A DNA stretch of 64,000 nt from a virus, in the IMG/VR virus record IMGVR_UViG_3300047444_000198, positions 1 through 64,000 of that record, one strand, 5' to 3'. Position numbers and translations under genes: made by a program. Positions 39,175 through 48,104 of this stretch are shown here, in pieces. The notes beneath the pieces are model-generated. The model had not been told where the DNA came from and searched no databases. It worked only from the letters and a program-made list of their open reading frames with translations. Every line of letters starts with the position of its first letter. Position 1 is the stretch's first letter.

Positions 39175-39732
39175 TGCTTCTGGCGCTCGTACACAGCGCT
39201 GGGATGTTGTGCCATGGCGCACGCCCTGCACACAGAGACACCACCCATGCGGGTCGTAGCCTCCTGTGAGCACGGACGCAGCCACTCGTCAGACGACTGG
39301 CAGGTCACCGGTACACCACCCGGACCTCACGAGCCTCTAGGCACTCCTTGACTGTGAAGTCAGCGCGCACCCGGCCACCCTTGTGAGCGAGGTTGTAGCC
39401 GACAGCGAACGTCGTGATGCCGCGGTTCTGTAGCACTCGGATGGCCGAGAACGTAGGCAGCGGTTGGCCGATGTGGTCGGACCAGCCGAGACCGGGGTAG
39501 AACACCTGTTCGATGCGAGCATCGCTCGCCCTCGTGTTGAGGTTCCGACGCGACAGGTGGCGACGGATGGGCAGCGGGGGAGTGTTGTGATTGGTCATGA
39601 GATGGCTTTCATCTGCGTGATGGACCGGCGTGCGCTCTTGCGGCCGGGATGCGGACAGGTGACGATCGCGGTGGGCGAGCACACACCGATGGTGTGCTGG
39701 CAGGTCGGGCACTGGTAGGTGGTCATGAGTAC

Positions 39733-39776
39733 AGCTTACTTGACTGTTGACTCAACACCTATGGGCCATTCGGCCC
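39733..39776 (-). promoter_or_regulatory. Promoter cassette P5
   Basis: Dyad, GTTGAGTCAAC, TAAGCT, 6 nt, ATG. Confidence 0.8.
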
Positions 39777-40218
39777 TAGCTACCGTCAGCACGTGAGCGA
39801 AATGTTGGTGCAGCCGGTCAGCAGCGCGCAGCGCCGCGGCCTCGTTAGCCTCCTGTGAGACCAGGGACGAACGAACCGCCAGGCCGGTCGAGTCGAGCGT
39901 GACAAAGCCGACGTGGTAGCTCACGGTGCCACTCTCGTAGGTGATCGAAGCAGCATCGATGATGCCACCTGGTACGTCGTAGGTCACCAGTGTGGTGTAC
40001 GTGCTCTCAGTCATCCCTCGCCCCACGTCTGCACCACGTCACCGGGGAGCACGCGGAACGTGCCACCGCGGATCGTGCCGAAGTCGATGGTCAGCCACTT
40101 GCGGCCGACGATGGTCACGGTGCCGAAGCACACCACGCCGAACATGGCGGGATGGAAGGCCTCGACCGTGTCACCGACCTTGAAGTCGGAGAGTGTGAAG
40201 GTGGTGGTCATGGTGTCC

Positions 40219-40262
40219 ATTCTAGTGAGTAGTTGAGTCAACAGCTATGGGCCATTCGGCCC
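40219..40262 (-). promoter_or_regulatory. Promoter cassette P6
   Basis: Dyad, GTTGACTCAAC, TAGAAT, 7 nt, ATG. Confidence 0.8.
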
Positions 40263-40483
40263 TAGAGCAGACCCTCGGACGTAAGCAGCTTCACCAGGTC
40301 CGCGAGTCCACCCTCTAGCTCCGTGGCATGCGAGACGAACGCAAAGCGCTCACCGAACGTGAAAGCAGCGTTCACGAAGCAGCAGCTACCCCCGGCCATC
40401 ATGCCGACGTGGCCGATGGCCTTGCCCTCGCGCATGATGGCAGCGCTGGACTTGTTCTTGCGGCGAAGCGTCAACATGGTACC

Positions 40484-40527
40484 AGTGTACCGGACGTGTT
40501 GACTCACCACCATGGGCCATTCGGCCC
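40484..40527 (-). promoter_or_regulatory. Promoter cassette P7
   Basis: Dyad, GGTGAGTCAAC, TACACT, 6 nt, ATG. Confidence 0.8.
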
Positions 40528-40550
40528 CTTATCTGGTGGTACCAAGTGCT

Positions 40551-40681
40551 GTCAGTGTCAGTGCGCTCGTCGGACCGTAGCGAGCACCGCAGGCCAGGGC
40601 ACCACCCCCAGACTCGGTCCACCATGTGGCGACAGGGGACCAACCTGGTCGCTACGGCCCGAACAACGCACTGACACTGAC
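40551..40681 (-). ncRNA. Candidate structured RNA (33-bp imperfect terminal stem built on two 13-mers)
   Basis: 29/33 inverted repeat; two mismatches become G-U pairs on the minus strand; internal CCAGG/CCTGG and TTGGTCC/GGACCGA stems. Confidence 0.5.
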
Positions 40682-40990
40682 GGTCTAGAGCCCTTCCTCG
40701 TTGGCGAAGCGCTGCATCATGTTGACGCAATCGTCGCGGTAGCGCTCAGCAGCACACCACGCACTCTCGCCCTTGAACGTCTTGCCTCGCGGCCACGTGG
40801 TGGCCCACTCAGGGCGCTTGGAGACGCTGACACGGTGGGCGCCATCCTCGTAGCGGTAGCCACCACGTGAGTCGAGCAGCGGCCCGGTCTCGATCTGCAC
40901 GGCGCCGATGCGTGAGCCGTAGTAGCCGTTCACGTTGGTGCGGGCGATCGTGCTCCAAGGGCCTGGTGTGCTGTAGCGGGTCATGGGATC

Positions 40991-41034
40991 AGTCTACCGA
41001 TCCTGTTGACTCAACGCATGAGTCATTCGGCTCA
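40991..41034 (-). promoter_or_regulatory. Promoter cassette P8
   Basis: TGAGCC-GAAT-GACTCA, GTTGAGTCAAC, TAGACT, 6 nt, ATG. Confidence 0.8.
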
Positions 41035-41528
41035 TTGCATGCGAAGGCAGGATCGCACTCGTCCTCGCACGCCGCGCAAGGCAAGGGGCACGGTTCATCG
41101 TGGCGAGGATCGTGACAGTGCATCATCGTGCGCTCCAAGCGGCACGCTTGGCCTCGTCCACGCGCATCCGGTGCTGGGCCTCCAAGACCTGGGACTCCAA
41201 GACCTCACGCTCCGTCCAGCGCTTCACCTCGGAGGCGATCTGGTCAGCCGTGTCATTGCGGCCGATCATGGTCCACACCATCATCGAACCGTTGACGAAC
41301 GCAGGCCACGCGATCATCTCGTCGGCGTGCTTCTTGCACGTCACGAACGTGGCCCACCGCCATCCCATGGTGTCGGCCTCGTCCAGTACCACGTCGTTCA
41401 ACAGGCAGACGACGATGCGGTTGGCACGTGCGCTGCACCGGCCAGAGCCCTGGCACAGTCGGCCAGCGGCCCGGTTGCGCTCGCAGCGCTCGTATGTCTC
41501 TTGGCTCACGCTGTATCCCATGAGAGTC

Positions 41529-41572
41529 AGTCTACACTCTCTGTTGACTCAACGCCTGAGTCATTCGACTCA
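41529..41572 (-). promoter_or_regulatory. Promoter cassette P9
   Basis: TGAGTC-GAAT-GACTCA, GTTGAGTCAAC, TAGACT, 7 nt, ATG. Confidence 0.8.
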
Positions 41573-42440
41573 TTGTGGATGCGAGCCTCGGGGCCAAAGC
41601 CGCACCAGCACACCCGCATGCCGTACAGATCACAGGGATTGAACCGATGGGTAGCTGACGCGGCCGGGAAGTCATCCGGCGTGACCACGGTGAGCATGGT
41701 GGAACGCTTGGGCCGTTTCGGCTCATTGGTGGTCCAGCCCTCGTCGCTCTCGTTGTCGCGGTACTGGATGACCACCAGGGCACCGGGATTGATCTCCTGG
41801 TAGATGGCAGCCGCACTACGAGGGTGGTAGGCACTCGTGGGATCGAACGGGCCGTGCTGCATGGAGCAGCCATTGACCAGCACCATGTACTGGTAGCGGA
41901 CCATCTTGTCGGCCATTAGAACGTGCCCTCGTGCTCGGTGTAGTCGATGCCATCGAGAGCCGCAGCCATCTCGGGCGTGATCAGGGTGTAGCGCTGGATA
42001 TAGACGCCATGGTCCACGTCCTCGTCAGTGATGACGACCTCACCCGAACGGATGCGCTGGACTAGCTCGTCAGCGACCTCGTAGTCCTGGATGGTGTCCA
42101 GAGCGAAGGTATCCCAATCGCTCACGAGGTTGACAACCTCGCGGCCTCCAAGGAACTCATGCAGGAAGGCAAAGGGCGCACCGTCGTGGACACCAGGATC
42201 ACAGCCGTCGCCATCGGTGTTGTCGAGCCAGATCTGGCCGTCGAAGCGGACGACAGAGCCGCACTTGTAGCAGATGCTCGGGGTGATGGTCATGAATCCT
42301 CCTGGTCGTCGTCCCACTCGTCAGGAGTGGGACCGTTGAAGCGGCGCCCGTTGATAGACGACGCCCGGAGACGCTGACCATCACGGAACGCTTGGCGGTC
42401 CGCATCGTTCCAGCGGTGGAGTGTGCGGCTCATGTTGAAC

Positions 42441-42484
42441 AGTCTACTCCAAGAGTTGACTCAACACATGGGCCATTCGGCTCA
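42441..42484 (-). promoter_or_regulatory. Promoter cassette P10
   Basis: Dyad, GTTGAGTCAAC, TAGACT, 7 nt, ATG. Confidence 0.8.
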
Positions 42485-43126
42485 TTCGGCGCAGACCTCG
42501 GCCCACTCCAAGGGGAACAGAGCCACCACCGCATCGTCGGACCCTTCACAGGCTCGCAGGTAACGCTTGATCAGCGCTGACTCGTCCTCGGTGCAGTCGA
42601 TACCGTCGCGCTTGCGCTGGATGGTGGCCGTCAACTCACTGAGGATGACCACGTTCGGGTTGGTCTCGGGGCCGTCACCGACCACCATGCCGGTACAGGC
42701 CTCGTGATGGTCACTCACCACGCAGCCACACTCGGGGCACAGGGCCTCGCAGGGGTAGGGCGCGTGGTCCATCTCGTCGTACGAGGCGCCGCACGTAGTG
42801 CAGAAGTCACCGCCACCAGTGTGAGCATGATCCTCGCCCCGCACGTCCTCGTAGGCCTCGATGCGGCCATCCAGGAGCGCCTGACCCGTTATTGAGCCGG
42901 GGCCAACGATCTGGTTGTTGTTGGCGATGCGCCGGTTGACGTCAGCGATCATGGCGAGCACCGTGGCCCTCGTGTCCAGCAAGGCGTTGGCGTAGCCCGC
43001 CTGGTTGGCCCGCTGCACGTTGTTGCCTGCCTGGTCGTACTCACGGCAGCGCTGCTCGGCGTAGCGAGCCTGGGCAGCCAGGCTGTCAGCTAGTTCTTGC
43101 AGGTTGGTGGGGTTGGTCATGATGAG

Positions 43127-43171
43127 AGTCTACCTCCCTCTGTTGACTCAACGCCTGAGTCATTCGACTCA
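43127..43171 (-). promoter_or_regulatory. Promoter cassette P11
   Basis: 35 bp identical to P9; TAGACT, 6 nt, ATG. Confidence 0.8.
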
Positions 43172-43710
43172 TCCTCAGGCTTCCAGTTGAACGGGCGACT
43201 GAGGCTCAGCTTGCCTGCGTTCACAAGCTGCTGGATGGCACCAGCGGCCTCGTCCGAGACGTTGGCCTCACGGATGACGTGGAGCAGGTAGGCAGCGTCC
43301 AAGGCCCGACGACGCTGGGTAGCGGCCCTCTGCTCAGCCTGTTCGGCCTCAAACTTGGCACGCTGGGCGCCGATGCGCTTCTGGTAGGTCTCGAAGTCAA
43401 CGACCTGGCGCTTGTTGACCAGGTAGTACTGACCCTCTCGGTAGGTGCTCGGCTCACCCTGAGCCTTGTCGGCCTCGACCGTCACGACCAGGACGTAGTC
43501 ACCGCCCCGCGACTTGTAGCCGTACCAGTCCTCGATGGACTGGCCTTGCCTCATGTGGACGGGGCCGGGACCACTGCCACTCATGTTGGCCCGAACGACG
43601 CGCACGGTGGTCCACTGCGACTTGTCGGCATCCCAGCCAGTGCGGCCGGAGCGGTTGATCAGGGCGTAGACCTTGCGGCCCTCCCACATTTCCTCGTATT
43701 TCATGATGTA

Positions 43711-43765
43711 AGTCTACCTAGTTTCGTAGGGTTCGGGAATGGGTCATTCGGACTGTTAACTCAAC
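43711..43765 (-). promoter_or_regulatory. Promoter cassette P12
   Basis: GTTGAGTTAAC upstream of the dyad; TAGACT, 6 nt, ATG. Confidence 0.75.
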
Positions 43766-44570
43766 ACCCTCCAAGGGTGTCAGTGTCAGTGCCTCACCAC
43801 GGCCCGCACAGACCGTGATACCGCTCGGTCAGGCCGGAGCCGTCACAGATCGACCAGCGGTAGCGGTAGACCTCGCCCTGGGCGATCGGCCCGGAGCAAT
43901 CGTCGCACTGGTACTCCTTGCGGGCACGCTGTAGGCGTGTCACCACCAGGACCGTGCCGACTTCCTCGTCGTGATGGACCCGAAGCTCGCTCATCCGTAC
44001 GCCTCCATGATGGCAAGCTCGGCCTGGTACTTGACCAGAGCCTCGGCCGCACCCTTCGCGAGCCGGTTGTAGGCATCAGCGGCGCGGTTGACGTTCTGCG
44101 TCAGGCTCGCCCGACGTGCACCCTCGGCATGTGCGGCCTCGTCGCGCAGGTAGCGCTGGACCGTGGCCTCGACCGCCTCCAAGAGGGGCCGCACGTACGT
44201 CTTGGGCGCTCCACCCATGGCTCGGGCTAGCTCGTAGTCCACCGTGCCGTCCTGGGGGATCACGCCGTAGACCTGGCTGTTGCTGTCGCCCTTGGCGTCG
44301 CGCTCGGCCTGGTTGCGGGCGTACCAGTAGCCCTTGGGCTGGCCCTGGTCGTTGGTGTGGATGTACCGGATGGCGTACTCGTTGCCCCGGTAGACCAGCG
44401 TGCCCTCTACGAACACGTCATCGGTGCTCATGGCACACACCATGAGTCCACCGGTCACCTTGCCGTGGTTCACGTCCATCTGGACGTTGGCGACCCGCTC
44501 GTGCCACTCGGGCACCGGAACGGAGAGGGGGAGAGTTTCCTCAATGTCGTAGGTCTTGGTCATGAGCACA

Positions 44571-44614
44571 AGTCTACGCTTGTTGAGTCACCACCGCATG
44601 AGGCAAACGGACCA
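44571..44614 (-). promoter_or_regulatory. Promoter cassette P13
   Basis: Degenerate dyad, GGTGACTCAAC, TAGACT, 7 nt, ATG. Confidence 0.75.
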
Positions 44615-45318
44615 TTTCGTCAGGTTCCGTGTCAGTGTCAGTGGCCTCGATGGTGGGATCACCGTGCAGAGCAAACGTGTGCTCGCAAGGCTCACCCTTG
44701 GGCGGGGCGAACATGATGCGCTCCACGTCCAGCCGGTCGAGAGCATCCAGCAGAGGCACGCACGCCGTGACCATGGCACCCAGGATGAACAGGGCGCCGA
44801 TCATCGCCGCGACCTTGTGCGTGCCCTCCGCGAAAGCGCCTGTGTACACGTAGCCGCCGACCGTGAACAGGACACCGGTAGCGCCCATCCAGCACCAGAA
44901 GCGTTTGCGCTGGCTCATCGTGCGTGCACCGGGCAGTGCTTCCCCTCGTCGTGCAGGATGCCACCGCCCCGAAGCTCACGGCCGGTGCACAGAGACTCCA
45001 TGGCCTCAGCACACACGGCCGGATTGTCGAACGTGAGCAGGAGCGTGTACGGACGGGTGCCGTACTCAGCTTTGGCTACGAACGCCACATTGATCCAGTG
45101 CTCACGGTACCGATGCTCTTGTGTCACTCGATCAACCCCCGGTGTCGTGCTTCGCCCTCCAAGCAGTCTCGCATGAGGTCGGTTCCCCAATCCTCTCCAA
45201 GACGACGACGAAGCTGGGCGTCCGTCATGTCGCGCACGTCCAAGCCGTTGATCATGGCCTGGCCCTTACGGGGACGCTCACCGGGTCCACGTGTCTGCTG
45301 GTAGTCGCTCACGATCAC

Positions 45319-45363
45319 AGTCTACCCGCCATTGTGTTGACTCACCATGAGCCATCCGGCCCA
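45319..45363 (-). promoter_or_regulatory. Promoter cassette P14
   Basis: TGGGCC-GGAT-GGCTCA, GGTGAGTCAAC, TAGACT, 6 nt, GTG. Confidence 0.75.
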
Positions 45364-45368
45364 TCTTG

Positions 45369-45423
45369 TGGAGCACCGGGGAGTCGAACCCCGCTAGCTA
45401 CCCATGCCCCGATGGAGTGCCCC
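45369..45423 (-). ncRNA. 55-nt tRNA-like mini-RNA (Ala-type acceptor plus T-arm)
   Basis: GGGGCAC/GTGCTCC-A acceptor with G3-U70; CGGGG-TTCGACT-CCCCG T-arm; only 23 nt between acceptor and T-arm. Confidence 0.6.
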
Positions 45424-45759
45424 GTCAGTGTCAGTGCTCAGGCCAGCACGAAGAACGCCAGCGTGACCACCACCATGGCCGCAAACAACACCTTGCCAGC
45501 CAGGCGATGGCGTACTGACCAGGGGTAGCGCTTGCGGTAAGCACGGCGCTTCACTCGGTACCGGCGCTTGACGTCACGGTCCCAGGCTCGGCGCATCTTG
45601 CGCTCACCACGCCGTGTCTCGACCACGTGCATCCGGCCGTAGACGTCTACAGGCACCTTGATCGAGCAGAGGGGCACGTCGCGAGAGGACCCAGCGGTGC
45701 CGTTGACGGGAGGAGGAGGACCAGTCAACGGCACCGATGAGGGTGGGGGAGGAGGCAAG

Positions 45760-46341
45760 TCAGACCCCGGCTCGTGCCGCACGCTCACGGGTGACAAGTA
45801 CCAGCCACGCGCCTCCAAGAAGGAGGGCAATCGCTCCAAGGGCCAGCGGAAGCGAGACGGTACCGGTCGTGGGTAGTTCCGTAGGGACGTGCGGTGCAGG
45901 AGTGGCAGCACTGTCCGGCGTACTGACGTCCGGCGTGGTGCTCGGCGTGGGGGGAGCAGTGGTGGCAACGGTGGTCACCACGCTCGGGGGCACGGTCGTC
46001 TCCACAACGCTGGGGGGAGTCGTGGGGGGCACCGATGATTCTGGCGTGCTCGTGACAGGTGTAGACGTGGGAGGCACGCTGGACTCAGGCACGCTGCTCG
46101 GTGCGCTGCTAGGCGGTACCGATGACTCGGGCACAGACGAGACGGGCACGCTGCTCGGCTCGCTGCTCGGGGTGCTGGACGGCGGCACACTGCTGTCAAC
46201 CTCCGTGCTGCTCGGGGTGCTGCTCGGCGTGGACGTGGGCGGTTGGTAGCTGTGACTGCCGTGGGCCGACGCAGAGCCGATGACGAACGCACTCCCGCCG
46301 AACATCACGGCACCAGCCAGTAGCAGGTGCTTGATGTGCAT
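45760..46341 (-). CDS. Ser/Thr/Pro-rich LPXTG cell-wall-anchored protein
   Basis: Signal peptide, SVPESSVPP repeats, then LPTTG, TM segment and basic tail. Confidence 0.8.
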   Translation of the reverse strand: MHIKHLLLAGAVMFGGSAFVIGSASAHGSHSYQPPTSTPSSTPSSTEVDSSVPPSSTPSSEPSSVPVSSVPESSVPPSSAPSSVPESSVPPTSTPVTSTPESSVPPTTPPSVVETTVPPSVVTTVATTAPPTPSTTPDVSTPDSAATPAPHVPTELPTTGTVSLPLALGAIALLLGGAWLVLVTRERAARAGV

Positions 46342-46391
46342 GGTTCGGCACCCTATCAGGCTCCAAGATTCATAGGGATAGGCCGTTTGCC

Positions 46392-47051
46392 CTATTGCTT
46401 GCAGGCACGCCTGTGAGTCAAGCACACCAGGACCACGCCCACCAGCACCGACATGACTCCAACACTCCCCAGGGGCACGCTCGGGCTACCGGTGACCGGC
46501 AGGGAGGCAGCCGGGGCCGTTGTTGCCACATGGTGCGACTTGGGTGGGCCTGTACGGACCTCTGAGGCCGTCTTGTCAGTGTCAGTGGCTACCGGTGACC
46601 CTGCCAGCGCCGTTGACGGCTCCTGCGCCACTACAGCGGTCGTGGTGGTGGGATCAGGCGTGGTAGCTCGGGGACTGTCACAGGACACAGGCTCCTGCGT
46701 GGGTGATCCAGGGACGATGCACACCGGCACGCCGCCGATGACCGTCTGGTGCGGGGTGGTATCAACCGGGGCCGTGGTCGTGGTAGTGGGCGCGCCACAC
46801 GCCACGTCTCGGGATGCAGTCCAAGGAGTGAACACCTTGGTACCGTCTGACAACGTGCCAGCGACCCGGCCGCTCTCGCTCAGAGTGTTGCGAAGCTGAG
46901 CCGTGATGGCCTTGCTCTCGCCCGGTCCCAGGTCCAAGCCGACGATCCATGAGTCGGCCGTGGCACTCTGACCGTGGAAGGCCAGCGCCGCATCGTTGGT
47001 GATGGTGACTACCACGTGGTAGTCACAGTCCATCGAGCCGTTGGCGATCAT
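46392..47051 (-). CDS. Thr/Pro-rich LPXTG protein
   Basis: LPVTG, TM segment, HRR tail; no clear signal peptide at the called start. Confidence 0.65.
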   Translation of the reverse strand: MIANGSMDCDYHVVVTITNDAALAFHGQSATADSWIVGLDLGPGESKAITAQLRNTLSESGRVAGTLSDGTKVFTPWTASRDVACGAPTTTTTAPVDTTPHQTVIGGVPVCIVPGSPTQEPVSCDSPRATTPDPTTTTAVVAQEPSTALAGSPVATDTDKTASEVRTGPPKSHHVATTAPAASLPVTGSPSVPLGSVGVMSVLVGVVLVCLTHRRACKQ

Positions 47052-47485
47052 GCCTGGCCCATGATGTTGCGGGCGTCCCGAATGAGAGTCACCAGCGTGC
47101 CCGGAGCGCCGTCAGTGGTGAAGTCGTCAGCGACGTGACGAACGAAGCTCGCAAGCTCGCCCACGTCGTACCCCTCGCTGGGCGAGTCTCCCTCGGGGCT
47201 GTCGCCGTACATGAGCCAGTTGCTCAGCGTCTCGTCCAGGTCGGTGATCTTCTCCATGGCGTCGTCGCCGTAGAACTTGATCTCACAGCCAACAGAGCCG
47301 TAGACGATGTGGAGCGTGTGACCGGTGCGACCGATGACCTCGACGCCATTGCTGGTGTAGCGCTCGGGCACGCTGGTGAGTTGAACGCTGGTGACGGTGT
47401 CCAGCTTAATCGTCTTGCGCTGGCCGAAGGTGTCCCACAGGCAGATAGCTCGGGCGTTGACGACGTAGTCGGTGTAACTGCTCAT
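47048..47485 (-). CDS. Hypothetical protein
   Basis: Leaderless from a promoter cassette. Confidence 0.65.
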   Translation of the reverse strand: MSSYTDYVVNARAICLWDTFGQRKTIKLDTVTSVQLTSVPERYTSNGVEVIGRTGHTLHIVYGSVGCEIKFYGDDAMEKITDLDETLSNWLMYGDSPEGDSPSEGYDVGELASFVRHVADDFTTDGAPGTLVTLIRDARNIMGQA

Positions 47486-47489
47486 GCAG

Positions 47490-47879
47490 TCAGTCTAGTT
47501 GCGTTGACTCAACAGCGCATGAGTCGTTCGGCTCATCTTCCAGCACGTCCCACACGTTGGTCACGAACTCGACCAGGGGCAGGATGGGATCACCGCGCTT
47601 GCACGTCCACTGCACCAGGCCCAAGCCGGTCAACCGGCGCACGTGACCTTGTACACAGGACGTGCTGAGACCGGTCCTGTCGCGCAGATCGTGAATGCTC
47701 TCCACGCCGTCCATGACATGGAACAGAAGCTCGGTAGCAGTCGGACCCACGGCCTCGAAGCCACGCATGCGCCAGTAGCCGATCTGCTGCGGTCGCCAGT
47801 TGGGACCTAGCTGCTGCGGCGCAGAGGGCGGAACTACAAGAGCCTCCGGAGAGGCAGGGTCATCCGGAGGCTCCTGCAT
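47490..47879 (-). CDS. Winged helix-turn-helix protein
   Basis: SIHDLRDRTGLSTSCVQGHVRRLTGLGLV. Confidence 0.65.
   Translation of the reverse strand: MQEPPDDPASPEALVVPPSAPQQLGPNWRPQQIGYWRMRGFEAVGPTATELLFHVMDGVESIHDLRDRTGLSTSCVQGHVRRLTGLGLVQWTCKRGDPILPLVEFVTNVWDVLEDEPNDSCAVESTQLD
47492..47535 (-). promoter_or_regulatory. Promoter cassette P15
   Basis: Dyad, GTTGAGTCAAC, TAGACT, 6 nt, ATG. Confidence 0.8.
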
Positions 47880-47886
47880 CGGTTCC

Positions 47887-47931
47887 AGTGTAGCGGCTTT
47901 GGCACCCTCTACACATGGGCCAAACGGCTCA
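47887..47931 (-). promoter_or_regulatory. Promoter cassette P16
   Basis: TGAGCC-GTTT-GGCCCA, TACACT, 7 nt, ATG; palindrome displaced to about 47962. Confidence 0.7.
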
Positions 47932-48104
47932 TTCGACTGTCAGTGTCAGTGGGCGAATCGTGATGACTCACCATGACAGGAACGTGTGTTCTTACCCCTC
48001 CTTGGGGGTGCTGCGTGGTGCAGGCTCGGGCGGCGCAGCATCGAGCACAGCATCGAGCAGTTCGCCGGGGTTGGGCAGGGGCTTGACGTCGAGCGGTTCG
48101 TCAT

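Larger units (their letters stand above)
38051..45312 (-). other. Array of small early-type hypothetical CDSs (38051-38245, 38242-38421, 38493-38861, 38858-39124, 39305-39598, 39595-39726, 39736-40014, 40011-40211, 40262-40477, 40685-40984, 41123-41521, 41527-41916, 41916-42293, 42290-42433, 42482-43120, 43117-43704, 43794-43994, 43991-44563, 44574-44918, 45124-45312)
   Basis: Each unit of about 1-3 genes starts 6-7 nt after a TANNNT box of the repeated promoter cassette; most internal genes are coupled by ATGA/GTGA overlaps. Confidence 0.65.

Noticed and set aside
37021-47535. CRISPR array interpretation of the recurring GTTGA(C/G)TCAAC units
   Set aside because: Spacing is hundreds of bp and irregular, the intervening DNA is coding, the repeats are degenerate and no cas genes are present.
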